Below are positions 48,613 to 60,072 of a stretch of DNA of 64,000 bases, piece after piece. The DNA comes from an uncultured Gemmatimonadales bacterium. GTDB taxonomy: Bacteria > Gemmatimonadota > Gemmatimonadetes > Gemmatimonadales > GWC2-71-9. How positions within the stretch are numbered: position 1 is the first letter of the stretch; every line of letters starts with the position of its first letter. The position numbers were made by a program, and so were the translations under genes. The notes under the pieces are model-generated. The model was not told the DNA's origin. It saw only the letters and a list, made by a program, of their open reading frames with translations, and did no database searches. The stretch lies in contig CAVUAK010000002.1 in NCBI GenBank assembly GCA_963739455.1, positions 352,001-416,000 on the forward strand, given 5' to 3'.

Positions 48613-49755
48613 ATGACGGCGACAGTGAATCCCCAATCCCCGGCGACCGGAAAGGTTGCCTTCCCTGCCGCCGAGGTCGGCAAGCTCCTCGCTCCGCCCG
48701 AAACCGAGAACCCAGCCACCAAGCTGCGCCGCCTCCTGCATGAGGCCCGCGACAAGGGCAGCTATCTGCATTCTGCTGGGGCGTACGACGCATATACCGC
48801 GGCACTGATGACCAAGTTGGGATTCAAGGCTCTTTACGGCAGCGGTTGGCAACTCGCAGCAACGTGGAACATGTATCCCGACATCGGCGTCTATCATTCC
48901 CACCAGATGGCCGAGTTGACGCTCATGCTCCGTAAGGGGATTGAGGGCGCACGGCACACCACTTGGTTCGACACCGAGGGCGCAGAACTCCTCGAGATGC
49001 CGCCCGTCTTCGTAGACATGGAGGCGGGCTTTGGTGGTCCGGGTCAGACGTTCACTCTCGCTTCCGAGTTGATTAGGGTTGGCGCTGCCGGCGTGCACCT
49101 CGAGAACCAAGACCCATCCGACCGTACGTGCGGTCACATCGTCAACGTCGGGAAGGCGAAGCGCGACAAGGTCCTCGTGCCCCGCAAGGCGTGGATCGCC
49201 AAGTTGAAGGCGATCAAGGCAGCGAGCGATGCCGCCGGTCATCCGCTGGTGAGCATCGCACGGACCGATTCAGTCGACGGCGCCATCCCCGGCCAGCCTC
49301 AGGGCGGCGTGAAGATGGCCATCGAGGACGCGTGGGAAGCGGCGGAACTGGGCTGTGACGTGATCTGGGCCGAGTTCAACAATGTCGAACTGGACCAGCC
49401 GCGTGAGTTCGCGGAAGGTGTGCGCAAGTACTATCCCAACCAGATGCTCGGGTTCAACCTTTCGCCGTCGCTCTACTGGGGAAAGGCGAAGAAGGCGGGC
49501 ACGCTGATCACCAACCAGCAGTTGGCTGACCTGGGCTACACACTCCAGTTCTCGACGCTCTTCAATTTCCGCACGGTGGGCCTGGCGCTCGACAAGGGCT
49601 TGCGGAAGTTCAAGAGCTCCGGCCTCGATGCGCTTGCTGACCTGCAGATTCAGGAAGACGAGGCCGAAGGCGGTGCACCCCTCACCAAGATGCACCAGAA
49701 GTTCGCCGGCATGAATCGCTGGCTGATGCTTGAGCAGGTCTTGAGCGAGAAGTAG
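48613..49755 (+). CDS. Isocitrate lyase-like enzyme (ICL/PEP mutase superfamily), divergent
   Basis: GA.DA, Y.SGWQLAA, MYPD, VDMEAGFGG, GAAGVHLENQ...RTCGH, IARTD, FNLSPS, HQ..G; SD GGAG. Confidence 0.82.
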   Translation: MTATVNPQSPATGKVAFPAAEVGKLLAPPETENPATKLRRLLHEARDKGSYLHSAGAYDAYTAALMTKLGFKALYGSGWQLAATWNMYPDIGVYHSHQMAELTLMLRKGIEGARHTTWFDTEGAELLEMPPVFVDMEAGFGGPGQTFTLASELIRVGAAGVHLENQDPSDRTCGHIVNVGKAKRDKVLVPRKAWIAKLKAIKAASDAAGHPLVSIARTDSVDGAIPGQPQGGVKMAIEDAWEAAELGCDVIWAEFNNVELDQPREFAEGVRKYYPNQMLGFNLSPSLYWGKAKKAGTLITNQQLADLGYTLQFSTLFNFRTVGLALDKGLRKFKSSGLDALADLQIQEDEAEGGAPLTKMHQKFAGMNRWLMLEQVLSEK

Positions 49756-49778
49756 GCAAGCGCGGATCCTCGTGTGAG

Positions 49779-49806
49779 GGCCGACGCGCGGGTGCGTCGG
49801 CCTTTT
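49779..49806 (+). terminator. Intrinsic terminator
   Basis: GGCCGACGC-gcgggt-GCGTCGGCC-TTTT. Confidence 0.8.
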
Positions 49807-49851
49807 GCGTTGGCGTCACCGGTCCAGCATTTCTCCCGCTATCTTGGTCCC

Positions 49852-51030
49852 ATGCGTCGCCTCAAGGTTCTTCATGTCATCGTCGGACTCGATGTGGGCG
49901 GGGCCGAGCGAACGCTCCAACGCCTCATTGGCCCATGTGACGGCACTCCCAGTCACGAGAACCTCGTGGTGTCGTTGACCACGCTGGGTCGATTGGGGCC
50001 AGCCATTCAAGCCAGCGGAGTCCGTGTTCTGCCAATGGACATGCGAGGCTCACGCCACGCGCTCCGCACGCTCTGGATGCTCCGCCGGCTGATTGTCTCC
50101 GAGAAGCCGGACATTGTGCAGTGCTGGATGTATCACTCCGACCTGCTGGGAGGCGTGGCCGCGCGACTTGCCGGGCACTCCCGCATCGTCTGGGGCATTC
50201 GCACCACGGACCTCGTGCGGGGCAGCTCACGGGTGACAGCCGTCTTGCGCCGCGTTTGCGCTCTCCTGTCGCACTTCGTTCCGCGGCTCATAGTCTGTGC
50301 GGCCGAGGCGGCCCGCCGCGCTCATGCGGCGGACGGCTATGACACGTCGCGCATGATCGTCATTCCCAACGGTTTTGACACATCGCGATCACCCGGCGCC
50401 GTCGATGACGCGCGGCAGCTGAGGCTGCAGTATGCGATCGAGTCCGGCGCCGTCGTCATCGGTTGCGTATCACGGTTCAACGTGTACAAAGACCTGCGAA
50501 CCTTCGTGCAGGCCGCCGGGAAGGTGGCGGCCCAGCGTGCTGACGTGCGTATCCTCATGGTTGGGCTTGGGCTGGACGCGAGCAACCCGACACTTGCTTC
50601 ATGGGTCGAGGAGACCGGATGTAGCCGGCGATTTGTCTTGCTTGGGGAGCGTTCTGACGTCCCCGCCTGTCTCGCGGCGATGGATATCTTCTGCCTGTCA
50701 TCGCGTTCGGAGGGACTACCGAATGCTGTGGCCGAAGCCATGGCGATGGAAGTGCCCTGCGTGGTGACAGACGTGGGGGATGCCGCGATGCTGGTGGCCG
50801 ATACGGGGCTCATCGTTCCGAGAGAGGAACCGACGGCTCTTGCATCTGCGCTGTCGACGATGGCTGATATGCCGCGCGCTGCCCGCCAGGACCTTGGAAG
50901 GCGGGCGCGCCGGCGCATCGAGCGCGACTTTTCTGTCGCCGCCATGCACGAACGCTATGATGCGGCTTATGCCGCGGTCATGAGCGGCAAGGTGCTATCA
51001 GGTGTTCAGGTCGCGCCGGGAACGGAGTAG
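49852..51030 (+). CDS. Glycosyltransferase family 4
   Basis: [35 protein letters not shown]. Confidence 0.92.
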   Translation: MRRLKVLHVIVGLDVGGAERTLQRLIGPCDGTPSHENLVVSLTTLGRLGPAIQASGVRVLPMDMRGSRHALRTLWMLRRLIVSEKPDIVQCWMYHSDLLGGVAARLAGHSRIVWGIRTTDLVRGSSRVTAVLRRVCALLSHFVPRLIVCAAEAARRAHAADGYDTSRMIVIPNGFDTSRSPGAVDDARQLRLQYAIESGAVVIGCVSRFNVYKDLRTFVQAAGKVAAQRADVRILMVGLGLDASNPTLASWVEETGCSRRFVLLGERSDVPACLAAMDIFCLSSRSEGLPNAVAEAMAMEVPCVVTDVGDAAMLVADTGLIVPREEPTALASALSTMADMPRAARQDLGRRARRRIERDFSVAAMHERYDAAYAAVMSGKVLSGVQVAPGTE

Positions 51031-52025
51031 TACTCCCGGTACCACGCCACAAACCGCCGAATCCCGTCCTCGATAGGCGTCGACGGCTTGAACCCGACAT
51101 CACGGGTCAGGTCGTCGACGTCAGCCCAGGTGGCCGGAACATCACCCGGCTGCAGCGGCAGCATGCGCTTCTCCGCCTTCTGCCCGAGCACCCGCTCCAG
51201 CGTCCCGATCATGTCCATCAGCTCGACCGGGTTGTTGTTGCCGATGTTGTACACCCGGTATGGCGCCGAGCTCGTCCCCGGATCGGGCACCTCGCTCGAA
51301 TAGTCCGGGTTCGGTGCCGCGACGCGATCCGCCGTGCGCACGATCCCCTCGACGATGTCATCGATGTAGGTGAAGTCCCGCCGCATCTTCCCGTGATTGA
51401 AGACGTCGATCGGCTTCCCCTCGAGGATGGCCTTGGTGAAGAGGAACATCGCCATGTCGGGCCGGCCCCACGGCCCGTAGACCGTGAAGAACCGCAGCCC
51501 CGTGGTCGGCAGGTTGTAGAGATGGCTGTAGGTGTGCGCCATCAGCTCGTTCGCCTTCTTGCTCGCGGCGTACAGGCTGACCGGATGGTCGATGTTGTCG
51601 TGGATGCTGAACGGCTGCCTGGTATTGCCGCCGTACACGCTGCTCGAGGAGGCGTAGACCAGGTGCCGCACCGCCTGATGGCGGCATCCCTCGAGGATGT
51701 TCATGAAGCCGGCAAGGTTGCTCTGGACGTACGCGTGCGGATTGGTGAGCGAGTAGCGAACGCCGGCCTGGGCTGCGAGGTGGATCACCACCTCAGGTTT
51801 CCGCTCGGCAAAGACTCGCGCCATCCCGTCATTGTCGGAAACGTCGAGCTTGATGAAGTCGTACCCGCGCTTGCCGTCGAGCCGCGCCATCCGCGCATGC
51901 TTCAGGCGCACGTCGTAATAGTCGTTGACGTTGTCGAGGCCGGTCACCTCGTCGCCACGGGCGAGAAGACGTTCCGCCACGTGATAACCGATGAATCCCG
52001 CCGTCCCCGTCACCAGATAGCGCAC
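51006..52025 (-). CDS. UDP-glucuronate 4-epimerase (NAD-dependent epimerase)
   Basis: [52 protein letters not shown]. Confidence 0.92.
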   Translation of the reverse strand: MRYLVTGTAGFIGYHVAERLLARGDEVTGLDNVNDYYDVRLKHARMARLDGKRGYDFIKLDVSDNDGMARVFAERKPEVVIHLAAQAGVRYSLTNPHAYVQSNLAGFMNILEGCRHQAVRHLVYASSSSVYGGNTRQPFSIHDNIDHPVSLYAASKKANELMAHTYSHLYNLPTTGLRFFTVYGPWGRPDMAMFLFTKAILEGKPIDVFNHGKMRRDFTYIDDIVEGIVRTADRVAAPNPDYSSEVPDPGTSSAPYRVYNIGNNNPVELMDMIGTLERVLGQKAEKRMLPLQPGDVPATWADVDDLTRDVGFKPSTPIEDGIRRFVAWYREYYSVPGAT

Positions 52026-52054
52026 CCTGCCTCCTCAGCGTTCCCCTGAAGCCC

Positions 52055-53368
52055 TCAGCCCGTGGCGCGCGAGCGCTGCGTGTCGTCCCCTCGCCGCACT
52101 TCCACACCCTCGCGTTCCAGCCGCTCCGCCTGCCAATCCTCAAGCCGGACGGTGAGTTCCTCGGTGCCATCCTCCGAGCGGCGGTCCAGGACCTCCCCCA
52201 CCCGGTACATCTCGGCAAGCCTCGCGCCATCGGCAGTCGGCACCCGGACAGTGGACGACCGGGCGCTCCTTCCGCGCCAGCGCACGGAGCGACTTCTTGA
52301 GCGCGGCCAGGCCGTCGGTGCGCATGGTGGTGGTGAGCACGGAGTCGGGATTCTCATGCTGGGCGCGGGCGGCGACACCGACCGCGTCGACCAGGAGGTC
52401 GATCTTGTTGAACACCGGGATGACGGGCTTCTCCGACAGGTCGAGTTCATCGAGGACTTCCTCGACCACGCGCATCTGGTCTTCCCACTCCGGGTGGCTG
52501 GCGTCCACCACGTGGAGCAGCACGTCGGCCTCGCGTGCCTCCTCCAGCGTGGCACGGAAGCTCGCCACCAGCTGGTGCGGAAGCTTGCGGATGAACCCGA
52601 CCGTGTCGGTGACCCGCGCGCGATAGCCCTCGCCGATGTCCACGACGCGCGTCAGGGTATCGAGCGTCGCGAACAGGCGGTCCTCCACCACGATGTCGTG
52701 CTCGCCACTCAGGGCGCGCAGGAGGCTCGACTTGCCGGCGTTGGTATAGCCCACGAGCGCGGCACGCCAGCATCGACTCGCGACCCTCGCGCACCGTGGT
52801 GCGGTGGCGTCCCACGCCGCGCAGCTTCTCGCGCAGCAGCTGGATCTTCTTGCGGATCATCCGCCGGTCGGTCTCGAGCTGGGTTTCGCCGGGACCGCGC
52901 AGGCCGATGCCGCCCCGGATGCGCGACAAGTGGGTCCACATGCGCGTGAGGCGGGGCAGCATGTACTCGAGCTGCGCGAGCTCCACCTGGAGCTTCGCCT
53001 CGTGGCTCCTGGCCCGGGTGGAGAAGATGTCGAGGATGACCTCCGCGCGATCCATGACCCGCACCTTGAGCTCGCGCTCCAGGTTGGCGCCCTGCGTCGG
53101 CGTCAGCTCCTCGTCGAAAATGACGAGCGTACGCGTTCTTCTCGACGCACGCGAGGCGAACCTCCTCGACCTTGCCCTCGCCGATGAGGAACCCTGGTGT
53201 CGGTGACTGGATCTGCTGGGTGATGCGACCGACCACCTCGGCGCCGGCGGTGTCGACCAGCCGGGCCAGTTCATCGAGGTGCTCGTCCATGAGGGAGACA
53301 TCTCGCGTGCCCTTCCGCGGAGCTGCGATCAGCAGCGCGCGTTCCAGCGGGTCGCGGACGTCGATCAT
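52055..53368 (-). CDS. hflX: GTPase HflX; probable indels at ~53135, ~52765, ~52255
   Basis: [70 protein letters not shown] across frames. Confidence 0.92.
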
Positions 53369-53439
53369 GGTGCGGATGGTCTACTGGCCTCTCGTCGTGG
53401 GTGATGACCTGCCTGAATATAGGCGGGCCTGTCGAAAAG

Positions 53440-54814
53440 TTAGGTGCCCTCGCTGCCCTCGCCCGGCTCCTTCGGACCTGCCGCCCGGGCCCGCCACCAC
53501 GCCATCCGCTCGGCGATGCGCTTCTCGTGGCCCATGCTGCCCGGCTCGTAGAAGGTCGTACCCCGCAGTTCATCCGGGAGGTACTCCTGCGCGATGAAGT
53601 GACTCGGGTCATCGTGCGCATAGCGGTACGCCTTGCCGTAGCCGAGATCCTTCATGAGCGGCCGTCGGGCGCGTTGCGAAGGTGGATCGGCACCGCCGCG
53701 GACGGCGTGCGTCGCGCCGCCTCGAGTGCGGCACCCAGCGCAGCCACGATGCTGTTGGACTTGGGGGCGGTGGCGAGGTACACCGTCATCTCGGCCAGCG
53801 GCAACAGGCCCTCGGGAACGCCCAGCATGTGCACCGCGTCCCGCGCGGCCACCGCGATCATGAGCGCCTGCGGGTCGGCGAGCCCGATATCCTCTGCCGC
53901 CATCGCAATGGCGCGCCGGCACAGCACCAGCGGATCCTCCCCCGCTTCGATCATCCGCGCCATCCAGTAGAGCGCGCCCTGTGGGTCGCTCCCCCGCAGC
54001 GACTTGTGGTACGCCGACAGGATGTTGAAGTGACTCTCGCCCGCCTTGTCGTGACGCGGCAGGCGACGCTGGAAGGCGTCCTGCAGCACCTCGAGCGTGA
54101 TCCGCCCGCGCACGCCCAACCTGTGCGGCGGCGGCCTCGAGCACGGTGAGGGCGCGACGGGCATCGCCGTCAGACTTCCACGGCGAGCCGCGGGAACACC
54201 TCGTCATCGACCGTGAGCTCCATGCCGCCGAGACCCAGCTCGCGGTCGTCGCGCGCGCGCACCAGCAGCGATCTCGAGGTCAGCTGGCGTGAGCGACTCG
54301 AGCACGATCACGCGCGCGCGCGAGAGCAGCGCCGCGTTGAGTTCGAAGCTCGGGTTCTCGGTCGTCGCACCAATGAGCGTGACGGTGCCGTCCTCGACCG
54401 CCGGCAGCAGGCTGTCCTGCTGGGACTTGTTGAGGCGGTGGATCTCATCCACGAACAGCACCGTGCCCGCGCCACCCGATGCGAGGCGGCCGCGCGCCAG
54501 GTCGAAGATCTCGCGCAGTCGAGGCACGCCCTCGCTCGTGGCGCTGAACGGCTCGAAGGCACGGCCGGCCGCGCGCGCGATCAGGTGGCCGAGCGTGGTC
54601 TTGCCCGGTGCCGGGCGGTCCCCAGAGTACCAGTGACCCCGTCTCGCCCCGCTCGATCGCTGTCCGGAGCGGCGCGCCGGCGAGCGGTGACATGCGGCTG
54701 GCCAACGTATTCGTCGAGCGTGCGCGGCCGCATCCGCGCCGCAAGCGGACGGGGGTCGCGCGCGGCAAGGAAGAGGTTCTCGGAAGACTCTGGAGCAGTG
54801 CGGCGGGGCGGCAC
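53440..54814 (-). CDS. rarA: Replication-associated recombination protein RarA/MgsA; several probable indels
   Basis: PLAARMRPRTLDEYVGQPH, LWGPPGTG, DEIHRLNKSQQD, GATTENPSF, KSLRGSDP, EDIGLADP, LGYGKAYRYAHD. Confidence 0.92.
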
Positions 54815-54815
54815 G

Positions 54816-55535
54816 TCAGGCTCCGAGGTAGTGCACGAGGAGCCAGTTCGACGCGAGGAACGCAAGTACTCCGCCGAAGAATGCCAGCGGTGGCGCCCAG
54901 CCCCGCTTCGACTGGAACTCCGGGATCAGGTTGCTCCCCGCCACGTAGAGCGTCACACCGGCAGATACCGCGAGGCCGTGCTGCTGCAGCCTGGCCGAGC
55001 CGACCGTGACCAGTGCACCCAGCACCGTCGCCGCCGCCGGGACAAGCGCCAGTCCTAGTGCGCGTGCCTTCGATTGCCCCGATGCGAGGACCAGGCTCGC
55101 CACCGTCAGCCCCTCTGGCAGCTTGTGCAGGAAGACGGCAAGGAACAGGAGCGCGCCAAGCCCCGGCGACACCAGGAGCCCACTGGCGATCGCCACCCCG
55201 TCGAAGAAGGTGTGCAGCGACAGCCCGATCACCGCCGACGCGCCGGCGCCTGGCGAGACGTGGTGGGTTTCCTCGCCGAAATGGAAATGCGGCGTCAGCA
55301 CATGCTGCGCGAGGTGAACCGCGAGGAATCCACCCAGCACCCACGGCGCTGCCCCGGGCCCCGATGCGAACGCCTCGGGCAGCATGCTCAGCATCACCAC
55401 CGACACCATGAACCCGGCGCCGAAGGCAATGGCGCTCACGATGGTGCGGGCACCGCGACTGCTGCCGCGCACCACCACCAGGGCGCCAGCCAGGTTGGCT
55501 GCGCCGGCCGCCAGCGCGAGGACGATGGGCGTCAG
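54816..55535 (-). CDS. ZIP-family metal transporter (start approximate)
   Basis: AFGAGFM, HFHFGEETH, HTFFDGVAI, LHKLPEG, NLIPE. Confidence 0.88.
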   Translation of the reverse strand: MTPIVLALAAGAANLAGALVVVRGSSRGARTIVSAIAFGAGFMVSVVMLSMLPEAFASGPGAAPWVLGGFLAVHLAQHVLTPHFHFGEETHHVSPGAGASAVIGLSLHTFFDGVAIASGLLVSPGLGALLFLAVFLHKLPEGLTVASLVLASGQSKARALGLALVPAAATVLGALVTVGSARLQQHGLAVSAGVTLYVAGSNLIPEFQSKRGWAPPLAFFGGVLAFLASNWLLVHYLGA

Positions 55536-56706
55536 CGTTTCCCTCGCAAGCGCGAGCAGCTGCTCGCGGGTGTTGATGGCCGGGTCCTCGAGCACGCGAT
55601 CGAGCAATCGGTCGAGCACCATGCCCATCTTCGGCCCGGGCTCGAGCCCCATGGCGCGCAGGTCCACACCGGTGATGGCCAGCGCATCACGAGTCAGCGC
55701 GTCACCCCGTGCCCGGATCCGCTCAGCCACCGCTGCCCAGGCCGGTGACTGGCCGGTGCGCCAGCGCACCAGCGTCGCCTGATCATCGGCAGCCGCGCCG
55801 ACCCTCGAGAGCCAGCGGCGCACCGTCACCTCGTCACTCCTGCTCGGCAGCGGCAGCGACTCCTGAACCGCGACGCGCGCGACCAATCTCCTGGTTCGAT
55901 GCCTTGAGCCGGCGCAGCACCGCCACGGGATCGTTGGTGAGCAGGCACGTCAGCAGCACGGGGTCGCGATCGCTTGCGGTCGACCGCTGGAGTCGTGGCC
56001 CCCGCCGCACCATCCAGCTCCGGCATCCAGACCGCCGCAACCCCGGACTCGCGCCACAGGCGCACCAGCTCGTTGAGGTCGCGCGCGGTACGGAGGCTCT
56101 TGAACCATTCGTCCCTCACCCGCTCGGCGGAGAGCTGCGGCAGTCCGTCGGTCGCGGCGCGCGCCGCATCCCATGTCGCGGGGTCGATGGCGAACCCGAG
56201 TCGCGCCGAGAAGCGAAGACCGCGCAGGATGCGCAGGTAGTCCTCGCGGAAGCGCTGGGCTGCATCGCCCACCGCACGCACCACGCCGACGCGACAGGTC
56301 GTCCGCGCCGTTGAAGGGTCGCGCCATTCCTCGCGCAGCGGATGATAGGCGAGCGCATTGATGGTGAAGTCGCGCCGGGCGAGGTCATCCTCGAGCGAGA
56401 CGCCGTACTGCACGACCGCATGCCGGCCATCGGTCTCGATGTCGCGCCGGAAGGTGGTGACCTCGTGCAGTTGCCGGTTCCGGTCCAGCACGCCCACCGT
56501 GCCGAACCGGATGCCCGACCGGCACGGTGCGCGGGAAGAGGCGCAGGACCTCTTCGGGCCGCGCCGACGTGGCGATGTCGTAGTCGCATGTGGGGATCGC
56601 CGAGCAGGGCGTCCCGCACCGCGCCGCCGACGCACCAGGCCTCGAAGCCGGCGCGCTCGAGCACCCGGGCGATATCCAGCACTTCCTCGGGAATCTCGAT
56701 CGCTGT

Positions 56707-56710
<4 letters not shown>
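55532..56710 (-). CDS. CCA tRNA nucleotidyltransferase / poly(A) polymerase family; several probable indels
   Basis: WCVGGAVRDALL, DYDIATSARPE, EVTTFRRD, DLARRDFTINA, FREDYLRILR, LSAERVRDE, LAITGVDL. Confidence 0.88.
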
Positions 56711-57665
<955 letters not shown>

Positions 57666-57669
57666 GGAA

Positions 57670-58424
57670 TCAGCCGCACAGCACGCTGCCGCCGTTCACG
57701 TTGAGGATCTCTCCCGGTGATGTGGCGCGCGAGCGGGCTGGCAAGGAAGACGATGGGCCACGCGACGTCGTCCGCGGTGGCGATCCGCCGAAGCGGAATG
57801 GTGGACTCCACCCGGGCGCGGTACTCAGGCGTCAGCACGCCGGCAGACATGTCGGTGTCGATCCACCCCGGCGCACAGCAATTCACGGTGATATCGGGCG
57901 CGCACTCGATCGCCAGCGACTTGGTGAGCGCGAGCAGGCCGCCCTTGGTGACGGCGTAGTCGGCGTGGAATGCCTCGCCACGCTGGCCAGCCGTGCTCGA
58001 CACCAGCACCACCGAACCGCCGGGCCTGCAGGAGCTGGAGCGCACCACGCGTGGTGAGGTAGACACCGTCGAGGTTGGCCCGCATCGTGTCGCCCCAGCG
58101 AGACGCGGGCATCTCCGCCAGCGGGACATCCTGCTCGGGCCAGATCCCGGCATTCGCGACGAAGGTATCGAGGCCGCCCAGTGCATCCGTGATCGCGGCA
58201 TACATGGCAGCCACGGTGCCTTCATCAGCGTGGTCGCCGCCCACCACCACCGCGCGCCGCCCGAGGCCACGGATCTCGGTGGCCACAGCCTCCGCCGCAT
58301 CACGTCGCGTGTGGTAGCTGATCGCGACATCGGCACCGAGGCGCGCGAACAGCAGCGCCGCCGCCCGGCCCACCCCGCGGCTGCCACCCGTGACGAACAC
58401 CGACTTGTGGCTGAAATCGAGCAT
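57670..58424 (-). CDS. SDR-family oxidoreductase (FabG-like); probable indels at ~58020, ~57712
   Basis: VTGGSRGVG, NAGIW, YAVTKGG, NCCAPGWIDTDM, VNGGSVLCG. Confidence 0.88.
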
Positions 58425-59008
58425 CAAGCCGTTGCGCTCAGGCGAGACTCCACGATTCCGACAATGACATGCTGCGCCGCCATGTGCACCAGCTGGATTC
58501 GCCCGGTGTCGTCGTGATCCACGACGAGCGCGATGTCGACGAGCGCGCGCAGCGGGCCGCCGTCTCGGCCCAGCAGGGCGATGACGGTGGCCCCTCTCGT
58601 ACGGGCAGCCTTTGCCGCCTGAAGGAGGTTCGTGCTCTGGCCGCTGGTGCTGTGCAGGATCAGCACGTCACGCTTTGTCACCAGCGCCTCGACCTGTCGG
58701 GCATATGCGTGCTCGAACCCCAGGTCGTTGCTCGCGGCGGTCAGCATGGAGATGTCGGTGCCCAGCGCCACCGCAGCATAGGCCGGTCGATCGGCGTGCC
58801 GGTGAGAGTAGCGTACGACATACTCCGCCGCACAGTGCTGCGCGTCGGCGGCACTCCCGCCGTTGCCGGCGAAGTAGAGCGTGCCCCCATTGCGCAGCGT
58901 GTCGGTGAAACGCCCAGCGATCTGGTCGATCGTGGCCGCGTGCTCCGTGGCACTGCGGTCGAGCAGCGCCGACAGCGCGGCGAAGGCCTCCCTCGTGGAC
59001 TCCGCCAT
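58424..59008 (-). CDS. gmhA: Phosphoheptose isomerase (SIS domain)
   Basis: GNGGSAADAQH.AAE, TAASND, RQVEAL, STSGQS, RIQ.VH. Confidence 0.9.
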   Translation of the reverse strand: MAESTREAFAALSALLDRSATEHAATIDQIAGRFTDTLRNGGTLYFAGNGGSAADAQHCAAEYVVRYSHRHADRPAYAAVALGTDISMLTAASNDLGFEHAYARQVEALVTKRDVLILHSTSGQSTNLLQAAKAARTRGATVIALLGRDGGPLRALVDIALVVDHDDTGRIQLVHMAAQHVIVGIVESRLSATA

Positions 59009-59009
59009 G

Positions 59010-59771
59010 CTAGTCCTCGCTCACAAGGAGGCGCCGGAGCCGGTTGGCGATCGACAGCTTGAGCGCGAACGGCGGTACATCGACCAGCCGCTTGCCCTGG
59101 AGCACGTTGCCGGGGTTCACCCGCGTGAGGATGTCAGCGGTGTCTCCCGCCCCCTCGGCAACCAGGGCATCGCGCAGCGTGGCAATCGACCGGTCGTCGC
59201 CGTGATTGTCGCCAGCGACGATGTCTCCCATGCCGTACGACAGGAGCTGCCGTGCCCGGTCACCGCGCCGGGTCGGTTGCAGCAGCGTGGTGGCGTCGAG
59301 CTGCATCAGGGCCCCCATTTCGCGCCACCGCGCCACCGCCGTTGGCGAGCAGCAGCTGTAGCGCTCCGGGTGCGCCAGGAGCGGCACTACACCGTGGTCC
59401 ACTACGCTCCTCAGTGCGCTGCCCACGGCATCGAGGGCCACCAGGCGGGGGAACTCGACGAGCATCACCGGTCCGCCACCCAGCCGGAATCCCGGATTGG
59501 CCGCTGCTGCGCTGCTGAGCGGACGGTCGAGCATGACCTCGGCACCGCGATGGAGACGAGGCGACGACGGCGCCGCCTTCTTGAGGGCCACGAAGGCGGC
59601 ATCGTGCGCTGCAGGTACCCCCGCCTCGAGGGCGGATGCCGTCAGGTGGGGCGTAAGGCAGAAATCCGCGACGCCGCGCTTGCCCTGTTCGCGCAGCACG
59701 AACACTGAGTGCTCCACGTCGGGGGAACCATCGTCGACACCAGGCAGGAGATGCGAATGGAGGTCGATCAT
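59010..59771 (-). CDS. PHP-family tyrosine phosphatase (CpsB/CapC/YwqE-like)
   Basis: MIDLHSHLLPGVDDG, TPH, LAHPERY, D.H. Confidence 0.88.
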   Translation of the reverse strand: MIDLHSHLLPGVDDGSPDVEHSVFVLREQGKRGVADFCLTPHLTASALEAGVPAAHDAAFVALKKAAPSSPRLHRGAEVMLDRPLSSAAAANPGFRLGGGPVMLVEFPRLVALDAVGSALRSVVDHGVVPLLAHPERYSCCSPTAVARWREMGALMQLDATTLLQPTRRGDRARQLLSYGMGDIVAGDNHGDDRSIATLRDALVAEGAGDTADILTRVNPGNVLQGKRLVDVPPFALKLSIANRLRRLLVSED

Positions 59772-60064
59772 GCCCGCGCGACTTCCGTATTCAGCACCAT
59801 CGTGGCAAAGGCGTGGAGCCGGACCGGATCCGCCTCGGCCTGGGCCAGCAGCGCGAGCGTGATCAGCGCATCGGCCGCCAGCAGGTCCAGTGCGGCGCCT
59901 CGCCCCTCCGGCTGACGCGCGACCTCATCGAGCGCGGCGGTAGCTGCTTGCGCCAGGGTGAGGGCATGCTCGCCGCCCGAGGTGCGCATTGCAGCGACGT
60001 ACGCATGCGCCCGATCGCGAAGGACCATTGGCGCAGCAATCGTGTGTCGATCGAGCCATTCCAT
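59768..60064 (-). CDS. Conserved hypothetical protein
   Basis: Coupled within the operon; AALDLLAADALIT motif. Confidence 0.65.
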   Translation of the reverse strand: MEWLDRHTIAAPMVLRDRAHAYVAAMRTSGGEHALTLAQAATAALDEVARQPEGRGAALDLLAADALITLALLAQAEADPVRLHAFATMVLNTEVARA

Positions 60065-60072
60065 CAGAGAAT

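Noticed and set aside
54816..55886. Apparent CCA-enzyme/ZIP transporter fusion
   Set aside because: Lies in an indel-rich region; an out-of-frame TGA at 55532-55534 suggests an ordinary overlapping stop/start corrupted by one indel
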